Shown piece by piece: positions 22,969-32,920 of a stretch of 64,000 bases of DNA. A model generated the notes under the pieces. It worked only from the letters and a program-made list of their open reading frames with translations. It had not been told where the DNA came from and did not search any database. This DNA is from an uncultured Acidobacteriaceae bacterium (GTDB taxonomy: Bacteria; Acidobacteriota; Terriglobia; Terriglobales; Acidobacteriaceae), in assembly GCA_963778445.1 (NCBI GenBank), contig CAVZUG010000001.1:812076-876075 (forward strand), in the 5' to 3' direction. Positions within the stretch are counted from its first letter, which is position 1, and each line of letters starts with the position of its first letter. The position numbers and the translations under genes are program-made.

Positions 22969-23065
22969 TCCGCGCGATCCCTCGATAGAACTGAAGGTAA
23001 TCTACGCGAAGATGCGGATATCTCCCGTCGGGATCACGCTATAATCAGCCCAGCCGGAGTACCGT

Positions 23066-23158
23066 GGAGAGTTGGCCGAGTGGCTGAAGGCGGCGGTTTG
23101 CTAAACCGTTATAGGACCAAAAGTTCTATCGGGGGTTCGAATCCCCCACTCTCCGCCA
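23066..23158 (+). tRNA. tRNA-Ser (GCT)
   Basis: GGAGAGTTGGCCGAGTGGCTGAAGGCGGCGGTTTGCTAAACCG..long variable arm..GGGGGTTCGAATCCCCCACTCTCCGCCA; TATAAT at 23040-23045. Confidence 0.96.
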
Positions 23159-23203
23159 TGGACCTCATTCGGCACCGTTCGGACAACATCCACAAAACCT
23201 CAC

Positions 23204-23234
23204 AGAGCTCAGCAATGCTGGGCTTTGTTCTTTT
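23204..23234 (+). terminator. Intrinsic terminator after tRNA-Ser
   Basis: AGCTCAGCA-A-TGCTGGGCT hairpin followed by TTGTTCTTTT. Confidence 0.55.
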
Positions 23235-23471
23235 AAGGTCCGGTGACGCGCCGGCCTTACTGCACTACCAAATCGGAAAACTACTATGACTGGGTGTAGT
23301 GACACAACGGGGACAAGTCCAGTATTCCTTACGGCTTGAGACGTCGCCTGCTTGGTGCCGATGTATGTGGATTGCTTTGGAAAGCATGAAGCCATATCGT
23401 AAGGAGCCTGTTGAGAGCTCATCTGTTAAGTCGGTTCGAACATTTGTAGATCTTCAGGCGTGAAGTGTTTG

Positions 23472-24872
23472 ATGACAATCAACAGGCGTACTTTCCTCCA
23501 ACTCGTATCCGCTACCGCCGCTTCGAAGACCCTTCCGTTCGCGGGCATGGCTCTCCAGGCCGAGGGACAGGCACCTGCCCCAGATCTGAAATTGCGTTTG
23601 GAAACATGCAACCTCGAGATTGGCAAAGGCGTAATCATTCCAACAACGGCCTATAACGGGCAGGTCCCAGGACCTATGCTGCGCTTCCGTCGCGGAAAGA
23701 CGGTTCACATCGATGTCACGAATGCGAGCGCCCGGGAAGACCTTGTGCATTGGCATGGGTTGCGAACAGACACTCTCAACGATGGAGCTGTTGAGGAAGG
23801 GTCACCGCTCATCAAGCAGGGCCAAACACTTCGCTATACCCTCACACCGGAGATCTCGGGCACGCGTTGGTATCACAGTCACGCCATGGCAATGGACGAC
23901 CTGACAGCTTCCGGATACTCGGGCCAGTTTGGTTTTTTGCTGGTCGACGGCGCACCGGATCCCGGCCATTATGACCAGGAGGTAAACCTCGCCATTCATC
24001 ACTGGGGTCCGCACTTCGTTCCCATGGTGGAGACGATGCGCGAGCACTCGCAGAACGTACCGCAAACGACGGGCTCGGATGTGGGTTACACGTATGCCAC
24101 GATGAACGCGCACATGTTGGGTTTTGGGGAACCGATCCGTGTCCGCCCCGGCCAGCGTGTGCTTTTCCGCTTGCTCAACGCCAGCGCTACGGAGAACGTA
24201 ATCCTCTCCCTGCCGGGGCATCGCTTCCGCGTGCTCGCGATGGATGGCAACCCCGTACCCAACCCGCAGACAGTCGAGACGATCTCGCTGGCGGTGGCCG
24301 AACGCGTGGATGCGATCGTCGAGATGAATGCCCCGGGCGTTTGGGTGCTGGGCTCGACCCTCAAAGCTGCGCGTGATATGGGCCTCGGTGTAGTGGTTGA
24401 GTACCGCGGCAACTCCGGCCAGCCAACGTGGCGCGACCCCGCGAGCGATGCCTGGGATTACAGCGCTTTCGCTGCCAAAACGTCTGCACCCGAGCCGGAG
24501 AAGACATTTACACTCACCATCCGCGATGCCGGCGCTCTCAACCGCTCCAGGTTCGACACATGGACCATGAACGGAGACGCCTGGCCCAATGTGAAGCCCC
24601 TGATGGTTAAAGCCGGACGTCGTTACCGCCTGCTTTTTCGCAATGCCAGCGGGGACCAGCACCCGATGCATCTCCATCGCCACAGCTTTGAGATCACACG
24701 GATAGGCGACGTGCCTATGAGCGGTCTTTTCAAGGACTGCGTCAACGTCATGCCGCTCGAAAGCGTTGCTGTCGACTTCGTTGCTGACAATCCCGGGGAC
24801 TCCCTCCTCCATTGCCACCAGCAACTGCATATGGACTACGGCTTCATGCAGATAGTGAAATATGAGGGTTAG
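23472..24872 (+). CDS. Tat-exported multicopper oxidase
   Basis: NRRTFL Tat motif; copper motifs HWHG, WYHSH, HPMHLHRH, HCHQQLHMDYGFM. Confidence 0.93.
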   Translation: MTINRRTFLQLVSATAASKTLPFAGMALQAEGQAPAPDLKLRLETCNLEIGKGVIIPTTAYNGQVPGPMLRFRRGKTVHIDVTNASAREDLVHWHGLRTDTLNDGAVEEGSPLIKQGQTLRYTLTPEISGTRWYHSHAMAMDDLTASGYSGQFGFLLVDGAPDPGHYDQEVNLAIHHWGPHFVPMVETMREHSQNVPQTTGSDVGYTYATMNAHMLGFGEPIRVRPGQRVLFRLLNASATENVILSLPGHRFRVLAMDGNPVPNPQTVETISLAVAERVDAIVEMNAPGVWVLGSTLKAARDMGLGVVVEYRGNSGQPTWRDPASDAWDYSAFAAKTSAPEPEKTFTLTIRDAGALNRSRFDTWTMNGDAWPNVKPLMVKAGRRYRLLFRNASGDQHPMHLHRHSFEITRIGDVPMSGLFKDCVNVMPLESVAVDFVADNPGDSLLHCHQQLHMDYGFMQIVKYEG

Positions 24873-27345
24873 CCCGAGCGTCACTACATATCTCTGGTTG
24901 GCCGCTGCATCAGGCACGCTTCTGCTCGCGGGCTTGAGGGTTGAAGGCCGCGCCTGGATCGGTGTTCAGTGCGTGCGGGCCTCCGCCGCCGCGGGAAGGT
25001 CAGTTGCCGGGGATCAACAAGACTGGCCGGCCTATGGAGGGGGCCCGGCAGACGACCGTTTTTCACCGCTCAGTCAAATCAATCGCGACAACGTCCGTCA
25101 GCTTAAGGTGGCGTGGACCTTCGACACCGGCGAAGCCGGAGGTCTACAAACTAACCCGCTGGTTATCGGCCGGACGCTCTATGGATTCACGCCCACACAG
25201 AAGGTGATTGCGCTCGACGGTGCGACGGGCAAGAAGCTCTGGACCTTCAATACCGGCACACCGGGGCTACAGCCTACACGCGGCCTCAGCTACTGGACCG
25301 ATGGAACGCATCGCATTCTGTTTGCGGGCCTGCTGAGCTATCTCTATGCTCTGGATCCCTCCACGGGCAAGCCCGTGGAGACCTTTGGCGAAAGTGGGCG
25401 CATCGATCTGCGCAAAGACCTAGACGAGCCGAACATAAACGAAAGCTTCGCGGCAATGACGTCGCCCGGCATCATCTACAAGAACATGATCATCGTAGGC
25501 TTCCGCGCGCCGGAGACTAAACCAGCCCTCCATGGAGACATTCGCGCTTACGACGTCCGCACCGGGACGCTGCGCTGGATCTTTCACACAATTGCTCGGC
25601 CCGGCGAAGAAGGCTATGACACCTGGCCCAAAGATGCTTGGAAGTACACCGGCGCGGCCAATAACTGGAGCGGCATGGCGCTCGACGCGAAGCGCGGCAT
25701 CGTTTATGTCCCGACCGGTTCCGCGGTCGACGACTTCTACGGCGGCGATCGCCTTGGCGATGATCGGTTCGCCAATACGCTGCTCGCGCTCGACGCAAAC
25801 ACCGGCAAGCGTATCTGGGACTTCCAAGGTGTGCATCACGATATCTGGGACCGCGATTTCCCGTCGCCGCCCTCGCTTGTCACCGTGCGCTCGGGCGGCA
25901 AGCAGGTGGACGCCGTAGCCCAGGCGACCAAGCAGGGTTTCCTTTACCTGTTCGATCGCACCACGGGCAAATCGCTCTTTCCCATCAGGGAGACCGCGTT
26001 CCCTGAGTCCACCGTGCCCGGAGAGAAGGTCTCTCCGACCCAGCCCGTACCGCAGATTCCCGCGCCGTTCGCTCGCCAGCGCCTCACCGAGAACATGCTG
26101 ACCACCCGCACGCCCGAGGCTCACGCGTATGCGGTGCAGCAGTTCCGCACCTACCGTAGCGGAGGCCAGTTTGTTCCGCTCAGTCTTGATCGGCAGACGG
26201 TCGTCTTCCCGGGCTTTGATGGGGGCGCGGAATGGGGTGGCTCGGCCGTGGACACCCGCACCGGTGTGATCTACATCAATGCGAACGACCTACCCTGGAC
26301 CGGTGGGCTCACAGAGAACCGACCCGGAGGCAGCCTGGGCGCAACCGTGTACCAGAGTCAGTGTGCCATCTGTCACGGCGGCGATCGCAAGGGAGCACCA
26401 CCCGCGTTCCCCTCACTCATCGATTACCAGAAGCACCTCACCGACGCTGAGGTCAGCAACATCATCCACAACGGGAAGGGTCGCATGCCGTCCTTTCCAA
26501 ACGTTGCGGACGCGCGGTTGGCGGCTGTGCTCGAGTACCTGAAGACCGGCACGGACGAGGGTGGCTTTCTGCCCACCGCCGCGGTCGCCTCGCCCAACCT
26601 CAAGGAGATCGCCGGCGCCGCGGTATACGCGAAGAACTGCGCGATCTGTCACGGCGATGACCTGCTAGGTGCCCCCTCGAACTACCCCGGTCTTGTGGGT
26701 GTACGCGCCAGGCTCACGGACGCACAGATTCTTAGCAACATTCACCAGGGCAAAGGGCGTATGCCGGCCTTCGCCAAGCTAAGCGGAGCTGATGTCACTG
26801 CTTTGCTGCGCTTCCTGGGCACCACCCAGGCTCCGCTCACCGAAGCCGCCGTGGCTTCCGGAAACAGCAGCAAACGGGAGGTCGAATCCGCAATGGCGCC
26901 ACCGGGTGGCGTGTCGAAGTATCGTTTTACGGGCTATCGTAAGTTCCTCGATTTGGATGGCTATCCGGCGGTCGTGCCTCCGTGGGGAACGCTGAACGCA
27001 ATCGACCTAAACACCGGCAAATACCTTTGGAAGGTGCCGCTGGGCAACTACCCGGAGTTGGCCGCCAAAGGACTTCCGGACACGGGCTCTGAAAACTATG
27101 GCGGCCCTGTCGTTACCGCCGGCAACGTTGTGTTTATCGGCGCGACGAATTTCGATCACACCTTGCGCGCCTTCGACAGTAAGACGGGTGTGTTGCTCTG
27201 GCAGGGAGATCTTCCGTACGCCGGCAACGCGACTCCAGCGATTTATATGATCGACGGTAAGCAGTACGTGGTCATCGCCACAAGTAACGCACGCAATCCC
27301 AAGGGGAAACAGGGAGCTGCCTACGTCGCGTTTACCCTGCCCTAA
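24862..27345 (+). CDS. PQQ-dependent dehydrogenase with two internal cytochrome c domains
   Basis: DWPAYGG..FSPLSQINRDNV, HHDIWDRD, FPGFDGGAEWGG, PPWGTLNAID propeller motifs. Two CAICH..G(K)GRMP cytochrome c units are inserted. Start overlaps the oxidase stop. Confidence 0.9.
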   Translation: MRVSPSVTTYLWLAAASGTLLLAGLRVEGRAWIGVQCVRASAAAGRSVAGDQQDWPAYGGGPADDRFSPLSQINRDNVRQLKVAWTFDTGEAGGLQTNPLVIGRTLYGFTPTQKVIALDGATGKKLWTFNTGTPGLQPTRGLSYWTDGTHRILFAGLLSYLYALDPSTGKPVETFGESGRIDLRKDLDEPNINESFAAMTSPGIIYKNMIIVGFRAPETKPALHGDIRAYDVRTGTLRWIFHTIARPGEEGYDTWPKDAWKYTGAANNWSGMALDAKRGIVYVPTGSAVDDFYGGDRLGDDRFANTLLALDANTGKRIWDFQGVHHDIWDRDFPSPPSLVTVRSGGKQVDAVAQATKQGFLYLFDRTTGKSLFPIRETAFPESTVPGEKVSPTQPVPQIPAPFARQRLTENMLTTRTPEAHAYAVQQFRTYRSGGQFVPLSLDRQTVVFPGFDGGAEWGGSAVDTRTGVIYINANDLPWTGGLTENRPGGSLGATVYQSQCAICHGGDRKGAPPAFPSLIDYQKHLTDAEVSNIIHNGKGRMPSFPNVADARLAAVLEYLKTGTDEGGFLPTAAVASPNLKEIAGAAVYAKNCAICHGDDLLGAPSNYPGLVGVRARLTDAQILSNIHQGKGRMPAFAKLSGADVTALLRFLGTTQAPLTEAAVASGNSSKREVESAMAPPGGVSKYRFTGYRKFLDLDGYPAVVPPWGTLNAIDLNTGKYLWKVPLGNYPELAAKGLPDTGSENYGGPVVTAGNVVFIGATNFDHTLRAFDSKTGVLLWQGDLPYAGNATPAIYMIDGKQYVVIATSNARNPKGKQGAAYVAFTLP

Positions 27346-27737
27346 CTCGTGATTGTCTGCATCAGCCGAACCTTCGATCGCCAAACCCGCAAAGCGTATG
27401 ATCCGTCCTCCGGGCAGAACTAAACGACTGGACGGGGCCGACTCGGTCTCGTTCATTTGAAGCGAAGTTGAAGTGTTCGGTTTTCTGCAAAGTTCAAAGC
27501 TCGCGAACAGTTGCTGGACCATTTCGGCCAAGCCTCAGGATGACATGGCGAGCGCGGTCCGGTGGATCGATGGTGCCCCGGATTGGCACCGGAAGATGCA
27601 CGCAACACACGCTGCGAAGATTTGTTTGCGAAGACCGAAGGCACGAGGAGGCATCGCCGCATTTCGAGACCACACAACCTTTTGCCAAGCATGCGGGCAC
27701 GCAGGTACAGTGTTTGACGGTTTCGAAAAACATACAA

Positions 27738-30047
27738 ATGTGCCAAAGCAAACGATTGTTTACATACTTTCCTGCATACACCCTCCTGCTGCTTACCACA
27801 TGCCTGCTCGGAGGCCTAGGCCCCACTGCCACCGCGCAACAAGCTCCGCCGCGCAGTGAAGCAGAGGTCCACCGGTTTGTCGACTCCCTCATCGCGCGCA
27901 TGACCCTCGCCGAGAAAATCGGCCAGATGGAACAGACCGCCGGCCAGCCCGAGTACACGCCCGCCAGCACCTCGGACGAACTCGCCCGCACCGGCAACAC
28001 CGGCAGCTTCCTCTTCTTTACCGATCCCGTCCGCATCAACCAGCTCCAGCACACCGCGGTCGAGCAGTCCCGCCTCCACATTCCCCTGCTCTTCGGATAC
28101 GACGTCATCCACGGCTTCAGCACCATAGCTCCCATCCCCCTCGCGATGGCCTCCTCCTGGGATCCCGCGCTCGTCACGCGCACCCAGGCCATGGCCGCCG
28201 AAGAGGCCCGCGCCGCTGGCATCCACTGGGCCTTCGCCCCGATGGTCGATATCGCCCGCGACGCCCGCTGGGGACGCATCATGGAAGGAGCCGGCGAAGA
28301 TCCCTTCCTCGGGTGCGCTATTGCCGCTGCCCAGGTCCATGGCTTCCAGGGTGACTACATCGGCAGCCCCAACCACCTCCTTGCCTCGGTCAAGCACTTC
28401 GCCGGCTACGGCGCCGCTGTCGGGGGCCGCGACTATGACTCCTCCGATATCTCCGACGAACAACTTCAGAACGTCTTTCTGCTGCCCTACAAGGCCGGCG
28501 TGGACGCAGGCGCCGCCACCATCATGGCGGCTTACATGGATCTCAACAGCGTTCCCGCATCCGCCAACACCTGGCTGCTCCAGGACGTCCTGCGCAGGGA
28601 GTGGGGCTTTCACGGATTCGTGATCAGCGACTGGGAGACCGTCCGCTCGCTCGTAACCCAGGGCTTCGCCGCCAACCCCCAGGACGCCGCCGTCCGCGCC
28701 GCCAATGCCGGCGTCAACATGGAGATGACCAGCTCCTTTTACCGCGAGAACCTCCCGGCCGCCGTCAAATCCGGTCTCGTCGCCGAATCCACCATCGATG
28801 CGCTTATCCGGCCTATCCTCGAGGTGAAATATCGCATGGGCCTGTTTGAGCATCCCTACGTGGATCTCGGCCATTACCGCCAGGTCACCGGCTCACCTGC
28901 CCAGCGCGCCGCTGTCCGCGAAGCCGCCGAGCAGACCGCCATACTGCTTCGCAATCAGGGGGAGGCCCTGCCACTGCGCGCCGACCTCCGTTCCATCGCC
29001 GTCATCGGCCCGCTCGCCGACTCCAAGCTCGATACCCTCGGCTCCTGGGCTATTCACGCCGATCGCGAACACGTCGTCACCATCGCGCAGGGCATCCGGG
29101 AGCGTGTGCCCAAGGCCGCCGTTACGGTCACCACCGGCGTCGAGATCTCCCGCGGCAATCCCAGCATCTTCGATAGCCAGGTACCTCCCACCAGATCCAC
29201 GCTCCTCACTCCGGAAGCGCGTGAGCACGAGTTCCAGCATGCCCTCTCGCTCGCTCGAAACGCGGATACCACCGTCCTCGTCCTCGGCGAAGCCCAGAAC
29301 ATGAACGGCGAACGCGCCTCGCGCGCCTCGCTTTCCCTTCCCGGCGAGCAGCAGCGCCTCCTCGAAGCCGTCGCCGCCCTCGGGAAACCCGTCGTCCTTC
29401 TTCTGATGACCGGCCGTCCCCTCGATATCACCTGGGCCTCTACCCACATTCCCGCCATCCTCAACGTCTGGTACCCCGGCTCCGAGGGTGGCCATGCCAT
29501 CGCCAGTCTGCTCTTCGGCGACAAAAATCCCGGCGGCCACCTCACCGTCACCTGGCCGCGCTCTGCCGGGCAGGAGCCGCTCTACTACGACACCAATCTC
29601 ACCCAGATTCCTGACGACGTCTCGGGCCGATACTGGGACCTCCCCAGCACCCCGCTCTACCCCTTCGGCTTTGGCCTCAGCTACTCCACGTTCGCGCTCG
29701 GCACGCCCCAGCTCAGCTCCACCAGCATCCATGCCGGAGGCACCCTGCAGGTCAGCATCCTCGTGGCCAACACCTCCTCACGCGCTGGTACGGAGGTCCT
29801 CCAGCTCTACACCCACCAGCGCGCCGGAAGCGCCTCCCGCCCCATCCGCGAGCTCAAAGCATTCCAGAAGATCACCGTCCCCGCCAACAGCTCGGAGACC
29901 GTCCAACTCTCGCTCAAAGCCGACGATCTCTCTTTCTGGAGCCCCGCCCTGCACAAGCGGGTGCTTGAGCCCGGCGCCTTTGACCTTTGGGTCGGCACCG
30001 ACTCCACCGCAACCCTCCACTCCACCTTTCAGGTAACCGCCCCCTGA
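27738..30047 (+). CDS. GH3 beta-glucosidase (BglX-like)
   Basis: MTLAEKIGQM, DVIHG, RDARWGRIMEGAGEDP, VKHFAGYG, VISDW (nucleophile), YPFGFGLSY, Fn3-like C-terminus. Confidence 0.93.
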   Translation: MCQSKRLFTYFPAYTLLLLTTCLLGGLGPTATAQQAPPRSEAEVHRFVDSLIARMTLAEKIGQMEQTAGQPEYTPASTSDELARTGNTGSFLFFTDPVRINQLQHTAVEQSRLHIPLLFGYDVIHGFSTIAPIPLAMASSWDPALVTRTQAMAAEEARAAGIHWAFAPMVDIARDARWGRIMEGAGEDPFLGCAIAAAQVHGFQGDYIGSPNHLLASVKHFAGYGAAVGGRDYDSSDISDEQLQNVFLLPYKAGVDAGAATIMAAYMDLNSVPASANTWLLQDVLRREWGFHGFVISDWETVRSLVTQGFAANPQDAAVRAANAGVNMEMTSSFYRENLPAAVKSGLVAESTIDALIRPILEVKYRMGLFEHPYVDLGHYRQVTGSPAQRAAVREAAEQTAILLRNQGEALPLRADLRSIAVIGPLADSKLDTLGSWAIHADREHVVTIAQGIRERVPKAAVTVTTGVEISRGNPSIFDSQVPPTRSTLLTPEAREHEFQHALSLARNADTTVLVLGEAQNMNGERASRASLSLPGEQQRLLEAVAALGKPVVLLLMTGRPLDITWASTHIPAILNVWYPGSEGGHAIASLLFGDKNPGGHLTVTWPRSAGQEPLYYDTNLTQIPDDVSGRYWDLPSTPLYPFGFGLSYSTFALGTPQLSSTSIHAGGTLQVSILVANTSSRAGTEVLQLYTHQRAGSASRPIRELKAFQKITVPANSSETVQLSLKADDLSFWSPALHKRVLEPGAFDLWVGTDSTATLHSTFQVTAP
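27746..27761. promoter_or_regulatory. Putative LacI-family operator
   Basis: AAGCAAACGATTGTTT, a variant of the sites at 32730, 32842 and 39602. Confidence 0.55.
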
Positions 30048-30091
30048 CCAAGTGACGCACCCGCCATCCACCTCGGCCGAACGCGCGAGCG

Positions 30092-31162
30092 TCATCCGCG
30101 TGCGCGCATTTTCCTTGGCTTTGCCTTCACCGTCTTCGCCACCGCCAGCTTCGCCGTGCTCTCCCGCGCAATCAGCTCCGGCTCAATCTTCACCTGGCTC
30201 TCCGTATGCTCGCCCCGCAACCTCTTGAGCAGCAGCGTCGCGCCCATCGCGCCCATCTGCTCCAGTGGCTGACGGATGGTCGTCAGGCTCGGCACATAAA
30301 ATGAGGCGCTCTGAATATCGTCGAACCCCACCACCGACACCTGACCCGGAACCTTCAGTCCCGCATCGTGCAAAGCCCGCACGCACCCGATCGCTGACAC
30401 GTCGTTGAAGCAAAGCACCGCGGAGAAATCCCGTTGCCGCATCAGCAGTTGCGCCATCGCCGGATACCCCAGCTCCGGTGTGTTCAGGTCCCGATCCAGC
30501 CGGATGATGTGAGTCTCCGGAACCTGTAGACCAAATACCTGCGCCATCCGCACCATGGCACGCCAACGCGTGTTTGTATCCGACGAAAACGTGGGCCCCC
30601 GCATGAACACGATCTTCCTGTGCCCCAGCCGCACCAGATGCCCCAGCGCCAGCTCCGCCGCCCGGTCGTGGTCCAGCAGAATGTTCGTCGTACCCCGTAG
30701 CGTCTTGTGACTCGCCACGGTCACCGTTGGAATCCTCAGCGCCGTTTCCAGGTGCGTGTCGATCGCCAGGATCCCCTCCACGCCGCGCTGGCTCAGCAGC
30801 CGCGGATACTCCTCCACCAGGTCCGCCCGGTGGCGATGATGCGCCGTGAAGAAGAAATATCCTTCGCGCATGAACACATCCGCCGCACCCGCCAGCACCT
30901 GCGCGTGATACCCCTCGCCAAGCTCCGGCAGCAACAGCCCGATCGTTCGCGAGGGTTTGCCCTGCAGCAGCCGCGCCACCATGCTCGGCTGGTAGTGAAA
31001 CTGCTTCGCCGCAGCACGCACCCGCTCCCGCGTCGCCTCCGGGATGGAACGGTTCGGTGCATTGTTCAGCACAAACGACACCGTTGCCGGGCTCAGGTCC
31101 AAATGCTCCGCGAGCATCTTCAGGCTGACAGGCCGGCCTTGCTTGAATACAGAACGAGGCAT
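30092..31162 (-). CDS. LacI family transcriptional regulator
   Basis: HTH SLKMLAEHLDLSPATVSFVLN, hinge YQPSMVARLL, NDVSAIG, VSVVGFDDI, LTTIRQP. Confidence 0.95.
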   Translation of the reverse strand: MPRSVFKQGRPVSLKMLAEHLDLSPATVSFVLNNAPNRSIPEATRERVRAAAKQFHYQPSMVARLLQGKPSRTIGLLLPELGEGYHAQVLAGAADVFMREGYFFFTAHHRHRADLVEEYPRLLSQRGVEGILAIDTHLETALRIPTVTVASHKTLRGTTNILLDHDRAAELALGHLVRLGHRKIVFMRGPTFSSDTNTRWRAMVRMAQVFGLQVPETHIIRLDRDLNTPELGYPAMAQLLMRQRDFSAVLCFNDVSAIGCVRALHDAGLKVPGQVSVVGFDDIQSASFYVPSLTTIRQPLEQMGAMGATLLLKRLRGEHTESQVKIEPELIARESTAKLAVAKTVKAKPRKMRARG

Positions 31163-31219
31163 GAGATTCCGTTCAGTATAGTGCCGCACTTATGCCCAAC
31201 CGCGGCCGCGCGCCGGCGT

Positions 31220-32677
31220 TCACCACACAAACGTCGCGACTTCCCCTTTCGCCACCGAAGCCCTGAACCGGCGTCCCTTCGCCTCCACGCTAATGTCTCT
31301 GCTCTCCCCACCCGTGTTCGCCACCAGCAGCACATACCTGCCCTCCGGCGTCACCCACGCCACATTGCTCAACCCGGTCCCGGTCGCCGTCGATCCGATC
31401 CGCGACGAACCCGGCGGCACAAACTTCGACGCATGCGCCACCGTATACAACGCGATATTGCGCGTCACCACGTCCCCATCGATCGTAATCGCCCCCTGGC
31501 ACACCGGGCATCCGCCGTCGCCCGTATGCGGTCCAAACTCCGCGTTCGCCGCCAGGTTCCAGAGCAGCACCGTCCGGCTCCAGTTCCGCATCGCCCCAAT
31601 CACGATCGCGGCCACCGGCCTGGCCACCGGCTCGAGCACACCATCCGCCTCCTTGTTGAGCACGGCACGCTCCACCACCATCTGCTCAGTGAAGTAGAGA
31701 TTCTTTGCCGGAAACGCATCATGCACCTGCGACATCGCAGAGATCTCCCCCCCATAAAGGTGGAACCCCGACCCGTCCGCATACTGCGCCGCCTGCGCGT
31801 CCTTCAGAATCGTCTCCGGATAATCCGGCCGGTCGCAGTTGTGGTCGTACAGCACCACCTTGGTCTTCAGCCCCGCCGCCCGCAGCGCCGGCCCCAGCGC
31901 ATCGCGCAAAAACGCCTCCTCCTGCGACGCTTCCAGCACCATGCTCGGCGTATTCTTCGGGTTCAACGGCTCATTCTGAATCGTTAGCGCCGCAATCGGC
32001 ACTCCCTCCGCAGCCATGCCCCGCAGATATTTCACCAGGTACGCCGCATACACACCGTAGATCTCCGGCTTCAGCGTCCCGCCCTTGACCGCGTCATTGG
32101 TCTTCATCCACGCCGGTGCCGTCCACGGCGACGCCAGTATCTCCATCCGCGGCGCGATTTCCAGCACCTCCTTCAACACCGGGATTACGTCCTTCTCATC
32201 CTCCGCCAGCGTAAAGTGCGCAAGCGCCCTGTCCGCCCCACCCGCTGGCTGATCGTCATACGTGTAGACCCGCTCGTTCATGTCACTCGCGCCAAGGCTC
32301 ACCCGCAGGTAGCTCACGCCCAGCTCCCCGGCGCCGCGCCCGAACAGCTCTTTCAGCAGCGCATGCCGTTTCGCCGCAGGCATCCGGTGCAGCAGCTGCG
32401 CGCTCCCACCCGTCATCGCAAAGCCGAACCCATCCACGCCCTGGAACCGCTGTGCCGCATCCACGGCAATCGTCTCCGCGCTGCCGCCCATAGCTCGGCC
32501 CGTCTCTGCCTCAGCCGCACCCGTCCCCAGCCGCTCGTGTGCCAGCAGCTTCGTCCGGTCGGCATTGGTCCGCCAAACATCCACCCCGGCCTGCCCCTGC
32601 GCCACGGCCGCACTCACACTCACCAGCAACCATCCCGACACGGCCGCCGTCCGCATTTTGAGAAAGCAACTCCCCAT
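31220..32677 (-). CDS. GH30 glycoside hydrolase (probable endo-beta-1,6-glucanase type)
   Basis: GFGFAMTGGS, LRVSLGASD, ASPWTAPAWMK, QNEP (acid/base), YDHNCD, FTEQ (nucleophile), WNLA, HASKFV. Confidence 0.9.
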   Translation of the reverse strand: MGSCFLKMRTAAVSGWLLVSVSAAVAQGQAGVDVWRTNADRTKLLAHERLGTGAAEAETGRAMGGSAETIAVDAAQRFQGVDGFGFAMTGGSAQLLHRMPAAKRHALLKELFGRGAGELGVSYLRVSLGASDMNERVYTYDDQPAGGADRALAHFTLAEDEKDVIPVLKEVLEIAPRMEILASPWTAPAWMKTNDAVKGGTLKPEIYGVYAAYLVKYLRGMAAEGVPIAALTIQNEPLNPKNTPSMVLEASQEEAFLRDALGPALRAAGLKTKVVLYDHNCDRPDYPETILKDAQAAQYADGSGFHLYGGEISAMSQVHDAFPAKNLYFTEQMVVERAVLNKEADGVLEPVARPVAAIVIGAMRNWSRTVLLWNLAANAEFGPHTGDGGCPVCQGAITIDGDVVTRNIALYTVAHASKFVPPGSSRIGSTATGTGLSNVAWVTPEGRYVLLVANTGGESRDISVEAKGRRFRASVAKGEVATFVW

Positions 32678-32729
32678 AAAACAACCCCCTTAGACCGTTG
32701 CCATCCTAAACCCACATCCGGCCGATGGA

Positions 32730-32745
32730 GGATAAACCTTTGTCT
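32730..32745. promoter_or_regulatory. Putative LacI operator (GH30 side)
   Basis: GGATAAACCTTTGTCT is the reverse complement of the 32842 site with one mismatch. Confidence 0.65.
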
Positions 32746-32841
32746 TATGGAGATCGCCGTATTCACCCGATGGCCCTCCCCGGAAAACAGGGGGCTTGAC
32801 AGACATATCCACGATCCGCTTGAATGATGCGGCACGAGATT

Positions 32842-32857
32842 AGACAAACGTTTATCC
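32842..32857. promoter_or_regulatory. Putative LacI operator (TonB receptor side)
   Basis: AGACAAACGTTTATCC: AAAC/GTTT dyad with central CG typical of LacI sites; TTGACA at 32796-32801. Confidence 0.7.
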
Positions 32858-32920
32858 ATTTATTTTTTGTGAGTCCGTCCGCAAGCCCGGACCAGACTCT
32901 TTTCAGGAGGAAGTGACACC

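Noticed and set aside
27583-27600. Sigma-54 promoter (TGGCAC..TGCA)
   Set aside because: GG-to-GC spacing is 11 nt rather than the required 10.
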